Assembly: GCA_902566955.1 (NCBI GenBank)
Contig: CACFKX010000001.1
Location: 1,813-65,812 of the forward strand
Source: an uncultured SAR86 cluster bacterium
Lineage (GTDB): Bacteria; Pseudomonadota; Gammaproteobacteria; Magnimaribacterales; AG-339-G14
DNA: 64,000 nucleotides
Reading direction: 5' to 3'
The notes beneath the pieces are model-generated. The model had not been told where the DNA came from. It did no database searches and worked only from the letters and a program-made list of their open reading frames with translations. The stretch's first letter is position 1; each line of letters begins with the position of its first letter. Shown here one piece after another: positions 50,347-59,766 of the stretch. The position numbers were made by a program, and so were the translations under genes.

Positions 50347-51786
50347 CTACATTTTTAAACTTTTTACAAGAAGTTTCTCTAATTTTTCCTGAGCTTCCAT
50401 AGATTGAAACCTTTGTAAAATTAACATTGTTACTAATAAAGTTATTCCAAAAACGGATAAATTAAAAAAGTGCAAATCATCAATTAGAATGAAACTTTTT
50501 ACAGATATCGCAACTGATGTCATAACTATCAACCTTGGAATGAAAGTTATAAATAATTTGAAGATGAAATAATCTTTCATCATTAATAAATTTCTTACAT
50601 AAAATATAGAAGATATTAGAAAAAGCGTACTAATAAAAATATACGCATATATGTAACCTACGATGCCAAAATCTTTTGGCATAAGAAAATACAGAACGAT
50701 TAATAGAGGAGTTAAAACAGTAAAGCAAACAACTAGGAATAAGATATTGCCTTTAGCTTTTATAATTTCCTGATTAACCTTTTGGAAAGGTCTTATAAAG
50801 AACAAGAAAGAAAAATATGGTAACAATTCAACCATTAAAAACCACTCTTCTCCAAAAAGAAACAAAACTAAGTCATAAGATAAGAAATAGAAGAACAAAA
50901 AAAGCGGGAACATAATTAGAAAAAAACCTTGGTAACTTTGTTTAAAAGCTAATTTAAGAAATTCATTTGAATTTTCTCGTGTAATAACGCTAAAGAAAAC
51001 TGGATTAAAGGAGCCATTTACAAACCTTTGTAAGGCTTTTTGAAATGCTTGGCTTCTTGAAAAAATACCAAGAGATGCATCTCCAAAAGAAGGTCCAATA
51101 AATAACCTATCTGATTGCCTCTCAATATGATTGATAGTCTTAATATAAAAAAGAGAAGCAGTAAAAGAAAAAACTAAACGTACATACTTTAAAGAAAAAT
51201 ATTTGTCTATATTTGAATTAGATAAGTATTTAATAGAAATAAAATAAGTTAAGGATTGACTTACGCTTAAAATAACAAGAGCATAAACTCCAGCACCGTA
51301 CAATGCAGCAGTAATTGCCAAAATCGAAGACAATAATCTTGAAATTAAGTCACATGCAGTAATTGACCTAAAATCCTTATTTCTCTTAAAGAGACTAGTT
51401 GGCACAATACTTGCTGCTTGAAAAAACATACTAACCGATAATAAAGGTATGAGAATTTTTAGTTGCTCTCTGAGAAAGAATTCCGAAATTATTGGAGTAA
51501 GAGCCAGTAAAATTAAAAAGACGATAGAGCACAAAATAAAATTAAACCAAAACAAAGTTGAAAGAAATTTTCTGGTTATATGTTTTGATTTAACTATCGC
51601 TTCTGTTGAACCAAAGTCGACAAAAATTTGACTTAGCCCAACCAAAACAAAGGCCATTGCTATTAAACCAAAAGCTTCTGGACCTAATAGTCTTGCTAAA
51701 ATAATGGGAGTAATAACTGATGAGACTAATTTAGATAAATTGTTCAATGTGGACCAAAATAATGCTTTTGAATTATCAGCTTTCAT
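50347..51786 (-). CDS. Wzx-like MOP-superfamily flippase
   Basis: 479 aa, about 12-14 TM segments; N-terminus LSKLVSSVITPIILARLLGPEAFGL typical of the polysaccharide biosynthesis protein family. Confidence 0.7.
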   Translation of the reverse strand: MKADNSKALFWSTLNNLSKLVSSVITPIILARLLGPEAFGLIAMAFVLVGLSQIFVDFGSTEAIVKSKHITRKFLSTLFWFNFILCSIVFLILLALTPIISEFFLREQLKILIPLLSVSMFFQAASIVPTSLFKRNKDFRSITACDLISRLLSSILAITAALYGAGVYALVILSVSQSLTYFISIKYLSNSNIDKYFSLKYVRLVFSFTASLFYIKTINHIERQSDRLFIGPSFGDASLGIFSRSQAFQKALQRFVNGSFNPVFFSVITRENSNEFLKLAFKQSYQGFFLIMFPLFLFFYFLSYDLVLFLFGEEWFLMVELLPYFSFLFFIRPFQKVNQEIIKAKGNILFLVVCFTVLTPLLIVLYFLMPKDFGIVGYIYAYIFISTLFLISSIFYVRNLLMMKDYFIFKLFITFIPRLIVMTSVAISVKSFILIDDLHFFNLSVFGITLLVTMLILQRFQSMEAQEKLEKLLVKSLKM

Positions 51787-51792
51787 AAATTT

Positions 51793-52425
51793 TTATAATA
51801 AATTTAAAATTTTTTTAAGGCCGTGAAGATTTTCAATAACGTTTGTTTTTTTATTAAAATTATTTTTTCCAACGCCTATGAAATGAATGCCTGTTTCTTT
51901 GGCTGCTTTCATATCTTGAAGAGAGTCCCCTACATAGACAACTTCTCCTTGATAATATTGCCTACTAGAAAGTAACTGATTTATATGGGTAATTTTATTT
52001 TCTGGGGAGCCCGAAATAGATTGAAAGTATTTAAAAATATTTTTCTTAATTACGATTTCTAACAACTCCTCATGAGGAGTTGCAGATGACAAGTGAATAT
52101 CTAAAATATCATGATTATTTTCCAGAAATTTTAAGGCTCCTTTTATAAATGGAGCATCAATAACATTTTGTTTAACAAGGCTTGAAAATTTATTTGAAAG
52201 ATTTGTTAATGTATCCTTCGAATAACTTGCTTTGATTATATTTTTTTGAAAGTGATGAAATTTGTCTAATCTAGGCACTCCTAAATTTTCCCTATGATAT
52301 TTCTTCACCGTTTCCACAACTTTATTTCCATGATTCTTATACATTTGACCAAACGCCTCTTCCTTCACAGTCAAGGAATCGCACAAAGTTCCATCAAAAT
52401 CAAAAATTATGGCTTTTAGCCCCAT
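51793..52425 (-). CDS. HAD-superfamily phosphatase (phosphoglycolate phosphatase-like)
   Basis: 210 aa; IIFDFDGTLCDS motif I and VYVGDSLQDMKAA motif IV. Confidence 0.7.
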   Translation of the reverse strand: MGLKAIIFDFDGTLCDSLTVKEEAFGQMYKNHGNKVVETVKKYHRENLGVPRLDKFHHFQKNIIKASYSKDTLTNLSNKFSSLVKQNVIDAPFIKGALKFLENNHDILDIHLSSATPHEELLEIVIKKNIFKYFQSISGSPENKITHINQLLSSRQYYQGEVVYVGDSLQDMKAAKETGIHFIGVGKNNFNKKTNVIENLHGLKKILNLL

Positions 52426-52432
52426 TTAAAAA

Positions 52433-53335
52433 TTATTTTTTCTTAGAATGGTCTTCTAAAAATTCATATAAATCGTATATTGCTTCCTGGATACCTTGAC
52501 CAATATCATAGTATGAATCTAACTGTATCTGCCTGGCTGATTTCGGCCTGAAAGAGAAAGGTGTGAGAGAATAATGGGCATCATAATGTTCCTTCTTTGA
52601 ATATTGTATTTCTATACTTCCTCCAAATATCTCATTTATAGTTTCAAGAATTTCTTTAACTTTCATGGTTTGATTTCCTTTTATCATGACATATTCATTT
52701 TCATATTTCTTTTCTAAAATTTTGAAAACACACATTGCTGCATCTTTGACATGAATATAATCTCTCAGTTCGTTCCCAGTGCCCTTTCTTAATATTTTCT
52801 TTTTTGAAATTGCTGAATAAATAGAGTTCCTAATGAAATTAAATTCATTAGCTCTTGGGCCATAAAGTGATCCAAATCTTAGGATAGAAAAAGGTAAGGA
52901 ATATTCCTCCTGAAAATTTTCTATTAACATTTCGCAAGACTGTTTGGATGACCTATAAAAGGATCCTAATTCACTATAAACATAGACCGAACTGGCAAAA
53001 ATTATTCTTTTGATATTATTACTTTTAGACGACTCTAAAATATTTAGTGTTCCCATAACATTATCTTTATAAGTCTCTCTTGGATTATTTTTTGCATATC
53101 CTATGTCAGCAACTCCAGCAAAATGAAATACATAATCTTTACCTTTAATGGCTTTATTCAATAGAGAAAGATCGTGCAAATTACCTTCAATAAATTTTTG
53201 ATTTTTTGATAAATAGTTTGATTTTTTGACATCAAATATAGTGACTTCATGCCCTTCTGTGCTTAAAACATCTGCAACATGACTTCCGAGAAAACCCGAA
53301 CCGCCAAATATAATAGATTTTTTCTTATTTTTAAT
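52433..53335 (-). CDS. NAD-dependent epimerase/dehydratase with probable non-canonical (ATT) start
   Basis: The called ORF (TTG at 53179) lacks the Rossmann motif. The same frame is open to 53338 and encodes KNKKKSIIFGGSGFLGSHVADVL; no ATG/GTG/TTG is available. ATT at 53335..53333 overlaps the upstream TAA stop by 1 nt. Confidence 0.6.
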   Translation of the reverse strand: MKNKKKSIIFGGSGFLGSHVADVLSTEGHEVTIFDVKKSNYLSKNQKFIEGNLHDLSLLNKAIKGKDYVFHFAGVADIGYAKNNPRETYKDNVMGTLNILESSKSNNIKRIIFASSVYVYSELGSFYRSSKQSCEMLIENFQEEYSLPFSILRFGSLYGPRANEFNFIRNSIYSAISKKKILRKGTGNELRDYIHVKDAAMCVFKILEKKYENEYVMIKGNQTMKVKEILETINEIFGGSIEIQYSKKEHYDAHYSLTPFSFRPKSARQIQLDSYYDIGQGIQEAIYDLYEFLEDHSKKK

Positions 53336-54266
53336 TTTTTATCTCCCTGATGAGATTTTCGACAGCCTCTAATTCAAGAGTGCTTCTAGTTTCCTCCGCA
53401 TAAGCTCCGATATGTGGGGTCCCAAAAAAATTATCAAGTTCGAGGAGTTTATCAGATTTGTAGGGCTCTTCTCTAAATACATCCAAAAATACTGAAGAAA
53501 TTTGACCACTTTCAAGAGCTTCTCTTAAATCATCTTCATTAATTAATTCTCCTCTAGATGTATTCACTACTATTGGTTTTTTTTTCATTTTTAAGAATGC
53601 ATCTTTGTTAAGAATATTTTCTGTTTTATTACTCAAAGGTATGTTCAGAGATATGAAATCAGATTTTTCGAATAATTGGTCCAAGTTCACGTAATTAATT
53701 TTAAATTTTTTGGCAAAGTCTTCATCATGATATTCATCGTAAGCATAATAATTCAGACCAAATCCCTTAGATTGTTGTACGAGTTTTTTTCCTATTTTTC
53801 CAAGGCCTACTATTCCAAGATTTCTGTTAGAAATTAAATTTCCCATTCTCTTTTCCCATTTTTTGTCTTTCAAGCTATTCATCATTGGGGTCATATTTCT
53901 CGATAACATTATGAGGGCTGCAATGATGATTTCAGAGACTGATTCTACTGGCGAAGTTCTACAAGAGATAACTTTTATACCTTCTGATTCAGCTTTTTCT
54001 AGATCAATATTATCTGTACCCACTCCTAATCTTGAAATTACTTTTAATTTTGTACATTTTTCTAATAAATTTGAATTGTACTTCTCTGTTCCTGCAATTA
54101 CTCCGTCACATTCAGTTAAATATTTTAAAATTTCATTTTCTGTAAGTGTCCTACCTTTTTCATTAAAAAAGTAATCTATTGAATTTTTTTTGAGTAAATC
54201 TGTGGGATGATTATTAAGATCTAAAAAAGAAGAAGTAGCAATAAAAATTCTACGTTTCATTATCAA
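53331..54266 (-). CDS. D-isomer-specific 2-hydroxyacid dehydrogenase (phosphoglycerate dehydrogenase-like)
   Basis: 311 aa; GIVGLGKIGKKL NAD motif, NTSRGELI, TPHIGA. Confidence 0.75.
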   Translation of the reverse strand: MIMKRRIFIATSSFLDLNNHPTDLLKKNSIDYFFNEKGRTLTENEILKYLTECDGVIAGTEKYNSNLLEKCTKLKVISRLGVGTDNIDLEKAESEGIKVISCRTSPVESVSEIIIAALIMLSRNMTPMMNSLKDKKWEKRMGNLISNRNLGIVGLGKIGKKLVQQSKGFGLNYYAYDEYHDEDFAKKFKINYVNLDQLFEKSDFISLNIPLSNKTENILNKDAFLKMKKKPIVVNTSRGELINEDDLREALESGQISSVFLDVFREEPYKSDKLLELDNFFGTPHIGAYAEETRSTLELEAVENLIREIKN

Positions 54267-55182
54267 ACTTTAAACTCTCTACCATTCTTTTTAATCCATC
54301 CTTGAAAGAGACAAGATCCCATTCTCCCAAAATTTCTTTCATCTTCTTATTATCAGCTGTAATTCCAAAAATATCTCCTGGAGTTCCATCCAGGACATTT
54401 ATAGATTTTGATTCAGGAAAAAAATGAGATAGCTCTTTTAAAATTTCTTTAACTGTAATTTTTTTAGAGGTTCCGACATTTATTATCTCTCCATAACTTT
54501 TTTTAGAATTAAGGCATCTTATAAAGGCCTCAGCAACATCATCTATATAAATCAGATCTCTAAACCTTGACAATGAACCTTTAACATCGATTTCTTGAGA
54601 TTTGAGATATTGCGCAAGGTAGATACTTAGCATTCCTTGTTTTAAATTTTCCATATTTTGTCCTGGGCCATATACATTAAATAACCTTAAAGAGGTGCAA
54701 TTGATGCCATAATTTTTAAAAATATTTAAATAGTATTCACTTGCAAGCTTTCCAACTGCATAAAAAGATTTTGGTTTGCACTGGTTACTTTCTTTAACTT
54801 TTAATTGCTTGTTGACCCCATAAACGGACATCGAACTTGCATAAATAAACCTTTCACATTTATTTTCTAAAGATAATTTGAGCAGCCTAAGAGTAGAGGA
54901 TGTATTTGAATTTAGATCATTAATTGGATCTTCAAAACTAATTTCTCCCGACGATTGTCCGGCTATATGAATTATTGCCTCAATATCTTTTGAAGACAAC
55001 TTATTAATGATTCTTTCATCAGAACAATCCCCTTGAATGAATTCTGCTTCTTTTGGTAAATTATATTCAAATCCTGTTGATAGATTATCTACGATTAAAA
55101 CTTCATAGCCCCTTTCAATCAGTTTTTTTGCTACAACGGAACCAATAAATCCCGCCCCACCTGTGACAAGAATTTTTTTCAT
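54250..55182 (-). CDS. NAD-dependent epimerase/dehydratase (UDP-hexose 4-epimerase-like)
   Basis: 310 aa; VTGGAGFIGS, SSMSVYG, YAVGK. Confidence 0.75.
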   Translation of the reverse strand: MKKILVTGGAGFIGSVVAKKLIERGYEVLIVDNLSTGFEYNLPKEAEFIQGDCSDERIINKLSSKDIEAIIHIAGQSSGEISFEDPINDLNSNTSSTLRLLKLSLENKCERFIYASSMSVYGVNKQLKVKESNQCKPKSFYAVGKLASEYYLNIFKNYGINCTSLRLFNVYGPGQNMENLKQGMLSIYLAQYLKSQEIDVKGSLSRFRDLIYIDDVAEAFIRCLNSKKSYGEIINVGTSKKITVKEILKELSHFFPESKSINVLDGTPGDIFGITADNKKMKEILGEWDLVSFKDGLKRMVESLKFDNET

Positions 55183-55949
55183 TGATCGTAATCTTTAATG
55201 AGTTCATCTTCTTTCATTAAAATTTCAACTCTCTCTAGATCTTTTTTTGTATCAACACTGTATATTGGACCTTTTATTTCAGCTAGCTTTACAACCTCTC
55301 CGTGCTCAATAACTCTCATCATATCTACAGATTCTTGCTGCTCAAGAGGAGTTGTATTTAATTTATTGAATTTTCTTAAAAATTTGGCATCAAATGGAAT
55401 AATACAAACCTGTTTATACCAATCTACAAAACCTTCTTCTTTCTTTACTGAGGGGATAGGCTCTCTAGAAAAATAAATAGCATCATTATTTAAATTTTTC
55501 ACGACTTTAACTTCATTTGGATCATTAAATTCTTTTTTATCGAAGATTTTAGTTATCAAATTGACTACTTTTACACCTCTAGAACTTTTAAAAGTCTTAA
55601 TCGAAATATCAATCATTTCTGGAGTTACCATTGGTTCATCACCTTGAACCATGACGATAATTTCAAATTTGTTTTTTAATTCTTTTTCTATTTTTTCTAT
55701 TGCCTCGGCTGTCCTTTCAGTGCATCTTTCATGCAAGTCCGAGGTCATTACAACTTTCCCTCCAATGCTTTTAATGAAGGTAAATATTTCATCATCACAA
55801 GTTGCAACATACACTTCATCTAAAAGAGACGACATCTTAACTCTTTGGTATACATGCTCAATCATCGGTCTTCCTAAAATTTTTTCCAAAGGTTTGCCAG
55901 GAAATCTTGATGACCCCATTCTTGCCGGTATTATCGCGATGCTACTCAT
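55179..55949 (-). CDS. KdsB-family cytidylyltransferase (CMP-ulosonate synthetase-like)
   Basis: 256 aa; AIIPARMGSSRFPGKPL, HERCTERTAEA, VQGDEPM, YFSREPIP, VDTKKDLERV track E. coli KdsB motif for motif. Confidence 0.8.
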   Translation of the reverse strand: MSSIAIIPARMGSSRFPGKPLEKILGRPMIEHVYQRVKMSSLLDEVYVATCDDEIFTFIKSIGGKVVMTSDLHERCTERTAEAIEKIEKELKNKFEIIVMVQGDEPMVTPEMIDISIKTFKSSRGVKVVNLITKIFDKKEFNDPNEVKVVKNLNNDAIYFSREPIPSVKKEEGFVDWYKQVCIIPFDAKFLRKFNKLNTTPLEQQESVDMMRVIEHGEVVKLAEIKGPIYSVDTKKDLERVEILMKEDELIKDYDQ

Positions 55950-56698
55950 TTGAAATGCATGAATTCTTTAAGACCCTTATCAAAGATTTTAAAATCTAAG
56001 CTATATGCAATAAATCTATTTCCTGACTTTATTGCATTTCTAAGATCAGATATCTCAGGTTCTATTAGATGAACCCCACCAGGTTTTTTATATTTTTTAG
56101 CTATTGAATTAATTTCATTGATAGCTTTAATTAGCATTTTGTTTTTAAGATCTCCATGAATGCCCATAGAAGCAGAAAGGTCGTTTGGACCGATTATATA
56201 GCCATCTATATCCTGAATTTGAAAGATTTCATCTAAATTATTTAGAGCATCAATGTGCTCAATCTGAATTATTGTTACAAGTTCTTTTTCTATATTTTTT
56301 ATATATCCGATTACATCTCTTCCATATTTTTGTGCTCTCGCAATGCCCAAGCTCCTTTTTCCCTTTGGAGCATAATAAACAGAGTTAAGGAGATTAATTA
56401 CATCATCCCTATTATTAATCATAGGACATATTATTCCTTTAGCTCCAGAGTCTAGAGCTCTTTTAACTTGGTTGGGATCATTTGAAGTGAGACGCACCAT
56501 TGGAAAAGTGTCATTTGTATCAATGATTCTTATAATGTTTTGTAAACTTTCTAGATCGACTGCAGAATGTTCAAGATCAATAGCCAACCAGTCAAAGTTA
56601 CTATTTGACATCATTTCAGCCACGTTCAAATCAGGCAAAGTTATCCAAGACCCTAAAGATAGTTCTTGCTTTTTAAGCTTTTTCTTTAAATTGATCAT
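55946..56698 (-). CDS. HpcH/HpaI-family class II (pyruvate-dependent) aldolase
   Basis: 250 aa; LGSWITLPD..FDWLAIDLEHS, PMVRL, IQIEH, DGYIIGPNDLSASMG parallel to HpaI. Confidence 0.75.
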   Translation of the reverse strand: MINLKKKLKKQELSLGSWITLPDLNVAEMMSNSNFDWLAIDLEHSAVDLESLQNIIRIIDTNDTFPMVRLTSNDPNQVKRALDSGAKGIICPMINNRDDVINLLNSVYYAPKGKRSLGIARAQKYGRDVIGYIKNIEKELVTIIQIEHIDALNNLDEIFQIQDIDGYIIGPNDLSASMGIHGDLKNKMLIKAINEINSIAKKYKKPGGVHLIEPEISDLRNAIKSGNRFIAYSLDFKIFDKGLKEFMHFK

Positions 56699-57694
56699 TT
56701 ATTTTTTTCTTATTAAAAATTTTAGGTAGTCTACATATTTATATTCATTGTCTTTGTTTTTAAAGGAATCCTCAAATAGTTTTATAAACCAATGATATTG
56801 ATAATTTTTAATTTTTGTATACGAAACAACTTCCCATAAGTTTTGATCCAAAAAAATTTTTTCATAATCAGGAATTAAGTATCTATTAACTTCAGGATAT
56901 GGATCGCCATTTGTAATTGGCTCATTTGTATATCTATTTACCTTGTCATTTATTTTTAAAAAATCATAAAAAAATTCAAACGCGATATCTTCATCAAAGA
57001 TATTTTGTATATGAGGAACTCCTGAAAACTTTTTTCTATGTATGGCATAAGGTGAATTGAAAGCAGCAAATTCTGCGTAAAGATAACCGCCCGGTTTAAG
57101 AGATTTATAACATTTAAATAAAACTTCTTTTGGATCATGAAAATGCTCAAAGGCACTGAAGGAAGTAATTACGTCAAAATCTTTTATTCCTAGGTCTTCA
57201 TTAACTAAGTCAAGTGTTTTGAACTCTATAAATTTAAAAACATCATTTCTCAAATCATTTTTGTGAGGTAAAAAATCTTTATCAGAAAAGTCTAAACCCA
57301 CAGCTCTTGATAAATTATATTCTTTACATAAAAATAAATTTTCTCCATGTCCTGCACCAAAATCAGCAAGATTAGCTCCTTTCAGATTCAGTCCATTTTT
57401 TTCAAGAAAGTTGTATCTGTTCTTTGCGGATAGTAATAAATTTTCAAATTTATAATTTTCCTTCAAATCAATTTTCTTAAAATATTTATGTAATTCTTTC
57501 AATAAATTTAAGTTTCTATTTATCGGAACTTTGGAATTGCTTATAAGCTCGGATATATTTTTTGAATCTTTATTTCTATAAAAAAACCTATGTCTTAATG
57601 ATAATAAGTTTCTGATGTTGTCGACTATTCTTGGAGAAAAAAATCTGTAAATCAGAAATTTAATTTTACTTCTTAGATTGCTTGCTTGTTTCAT
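56699..57694 (-). CDS. Class I SAM-dependent methyltransferase
   Basis: 331 aa; LADFGAGHGEN motif I and LKPGGYLY. Confidence 0.65.
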   Translation of the reverse strand: MKQASNLRSKIKFLIYRFFSPRIVDNIRNLLSLRHRFFYRNKDSKNISELISNSKVPINRNLNLLKELHKYFKKIDLKENYKFENLLLSAKNRYNFLEKNGLNLKGANLADFGAGHGENLFLCKEYNLSRAVGLDFSDKDFLPHKNDLRNDVFKFIEFKTLDLVNEDLGIKDFDVITSFSAFEHFHDPKEVLFKCYKSLKPGGYLYAEFAAFNSPYAIHRKKFSGVPHIQNIFDEDIAFEFFYDFLKINDKVNRYTNEPITNGDPYPEVNRYLIPDYEKIFLDQNLWEVVSYTKIKNYQYHWFIKLFEDSFKNKDNEYKYVDYLKFLIRKK

Positions 57695-58925
57695 TTAAAT
57701 TTTCTAGATTTTCAATTAGTTTGTTTACATGATGTTCCCAAGTATGAAAATTTATTACATCTTTTCTCCCTTGGCTTCCTAATGATTCTCTTAAAGTTTT
57801 TGATTGAGACAAGGTCACAATTTTATTTACAAAATCTTCAATATCTCCTTCACTAATAAGAAATCCATTATGGTTATCTTTGATCGCAAAATTTACCTCC
57901 CCTGCGTTTGTTGCTACCACTGGTTTGGCTACTGAAAGATATTCTAAGTGTTTAATTGAGCATATATGAGGCCATTTACCCTTAAAATTAAATGGAGAAA
58001 TCAGAATGTCACAACTATTAAGTTCTTTTGGCATATCTTTCAAATTAAGTTGGAATTTTAGTTCAATGTTTTCACTTAGATTTTTATCAGAAACCATTTC
58101 TTTGACAAAAATTCTTTTTGAGATGTCCCCTATGAATAATTTGAAGTAGATTTCAGGATTTCTTGAGATCGTTTTTGATGCTATTTGAAGAAGCTCCTCT
58201 AAATCGTTATACCATCTAAATGACGATGCCATTCCAACAATGACTGGATTTTTTTTATCCTCTTTTTTTGATGATGGTTTAAATAGATTCTCATCTACTC
58301 CATTGTGGATAACAAACATTTTGCTTTTAAACTTGCAATCTACAAAGTCATGAATCCACTTTGCTCGAAGCGAGCTATCAATTGAAATCATAGTTGCATC
58401 TTCATATTGATTTATTTCAGACTTATTTTTTTTTACCTGTTGACCTTGAGCTGGAAAAATAATTTCTTCATTGCCGTTATTGAATTTTTGCATACTCAGG
58501 GGTTTATTAACTTCAATAATCAATCTCTTATCATTATTTCTAACTATTTTTGAAATTATGTGGCCAAAAGGTGAAGCTCGAAAATAAACAAAATCATAAT
58601 TATTTTTTCTCAATGCAATAGACAGATCCTTTTTTAAGGTTCTTGAAAAGAAAAATTTTTCAATTCTCAATCCAATTGAATTTGGCAAAATTGAAATTAA
58701 TGAATTTATAATTAATCTAATTTTTTTATTTGAGTAAGCTGTGTATTTTATAGCTTGATCAGCTTTAACAGTTGGCACCTCATCATCAGAAACTATCTCA
58801 ACCTTATATCCCTTTTTAGCTAGTGCTTTTATAACTCCTGCACCGGAGCTGATGCTTCCACCTACAGGATTTTTTTTGTAATAGAATGGGTTTGAAATTA
58901 CGTAAAGTATCTTTCCCTTGCTCAT
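57666..58925 (-). CDS. Family 4 (GT-B) glycosyltransferase
   Basis: 419 aa; HLEYLSVAKPVVATNAGEVNFAIKDNHNGFL, a GT4 C-terminal signature. Confidence 0.7.
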   Translation of the reverse strand: MSKGKILYVISNPFYYKKNPVGGSISSGAGVIKALAKKGYKVEIVSDDEVPTVKADQAIKYTAYSNKKIRLIINSLISILPNSIGLRIEKFFFSRTLKKDLSIALRKNNYDFVYFRASPFGHIISKIVRNNDKRLIIEVNKPLSMQKFNNGNEEIIFPAQGQQVKKNKSEINQYEDATMISIDSSLRAKWIHDFVDCKFKSKMFVIHNGVDENLFKPSSKKEDKKNPVIVGMASSFRWYNDLEELLQIASKTISRNPEIYFKLFIGDISKRIFVKEMVSDKNLSENIELKFQLNLKDMPKELNSCDILISPFNFKGKWPHICSIKHLEYLSVAKPVVATNAGEVNFAIKDNHNGFLISEGDIEDFVNKIVTLSQSKTLRESLGSQGRKDVINFHTWEHHVNKLIENLENLNETSKQSKK

Positions 58926-58935
58926 ATTAGGTTAT

Positions 58936-59757
58936 TCAAAGTAGTTTATGGTATTCAGATTCAAAAAATTTGTTTTGCTCGTCTGTTAAAAAAGATTTCC
59001 AACCATTAATTTTGCCGCCCCTAAACGTAGTTGAATTACCAAAAGCCTTATTGGAGATTTCTAATATCTCTTCTTCATTAAATTCAAGGCCTAAGAAGTT
59101 AGAAAGATCATATATTGAGTTAATTTGACTCTCGAGGTTTCCTCCTCCTTGTGGACCTATTATCTCCTCAAATTTTAATATTTTTGATTTAGGAAATTTT
59201 TCCCATTCTAATATTGATTCATACATTTTTTTTATCCCGCACATGTAACCAAATTCATTTTGATAACCTTTACAAATCTGATTGAATCTTTCCTGATCAT
59301 TGTCTATTTCTTTGAATAAATATCTATGTGCGTGATGCTGACTTCTATCCTTTATATGTCTTATCATAGAGAGAACCATATCTCTTGGATCTCTCGTTAT
59401 TGATATAACTCTATCTATGTTTTTTTCATTTAAATCAGAGGCTTTTTTTGAAAAAGGGACATGGCCAATTATGAACTCCTGATTATTAAGATTTTTAAAT
59501 AGACTTTTATAAGTAGATTGAGTGATATTCCTTGGGCTACTAACACTGACAGGAATTTCTTTTGGTTTGTTTGATAAAACATTTTGTAATAAATAAGCAG
59601 ACCTCCAATTAATTCCTCTTTTTTGATTTTTTCTGAAAAAAGGTTTAATTGCATAAAAAGAGTAGTTGAATGTTGAATGTTTAAAACCAAAAGCTTCCAA
59701 TATAGAGACTATGAAATGTGTACCTGAATGAGGAATCGTATTAATAAAAACTTTCAT
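58936..59757 (-). CDS. Sulfotransferase-family protein
   Basis: 273 aa; N-terminal IPHSGTHF (5'-PSB-like P-loop) and ITRDPRDMVLS (3'-PB-like RDPRD). Confidence 0.6.
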   Translation of the reverse strand: MKVFINTIPHSGTHFIVSILEAFGFKHSTFNYSFYAIKPFFRKNQKRGINWRSAYLLQNVLSNKPKEIPVSVSSPRNITQSTYKSLFKNLNNQEFIIGHVPFSKKASDLNEKNIDRVISITRDPRDMVLSMIRHIKDRSQHHAHRYLFKEIDNDQERFNQICKGYQNEFGYMCGIKKMYESILEWEKFPKSKILKFEEIIGPQGGGNLESQINSIYDLSNFLGLEFNEEEILEISNKAFGNSTTFRGGKINGWKSFLTDEQNKFFESEYHKLL

Positions 59758-59766
59758 ATTTTTATT

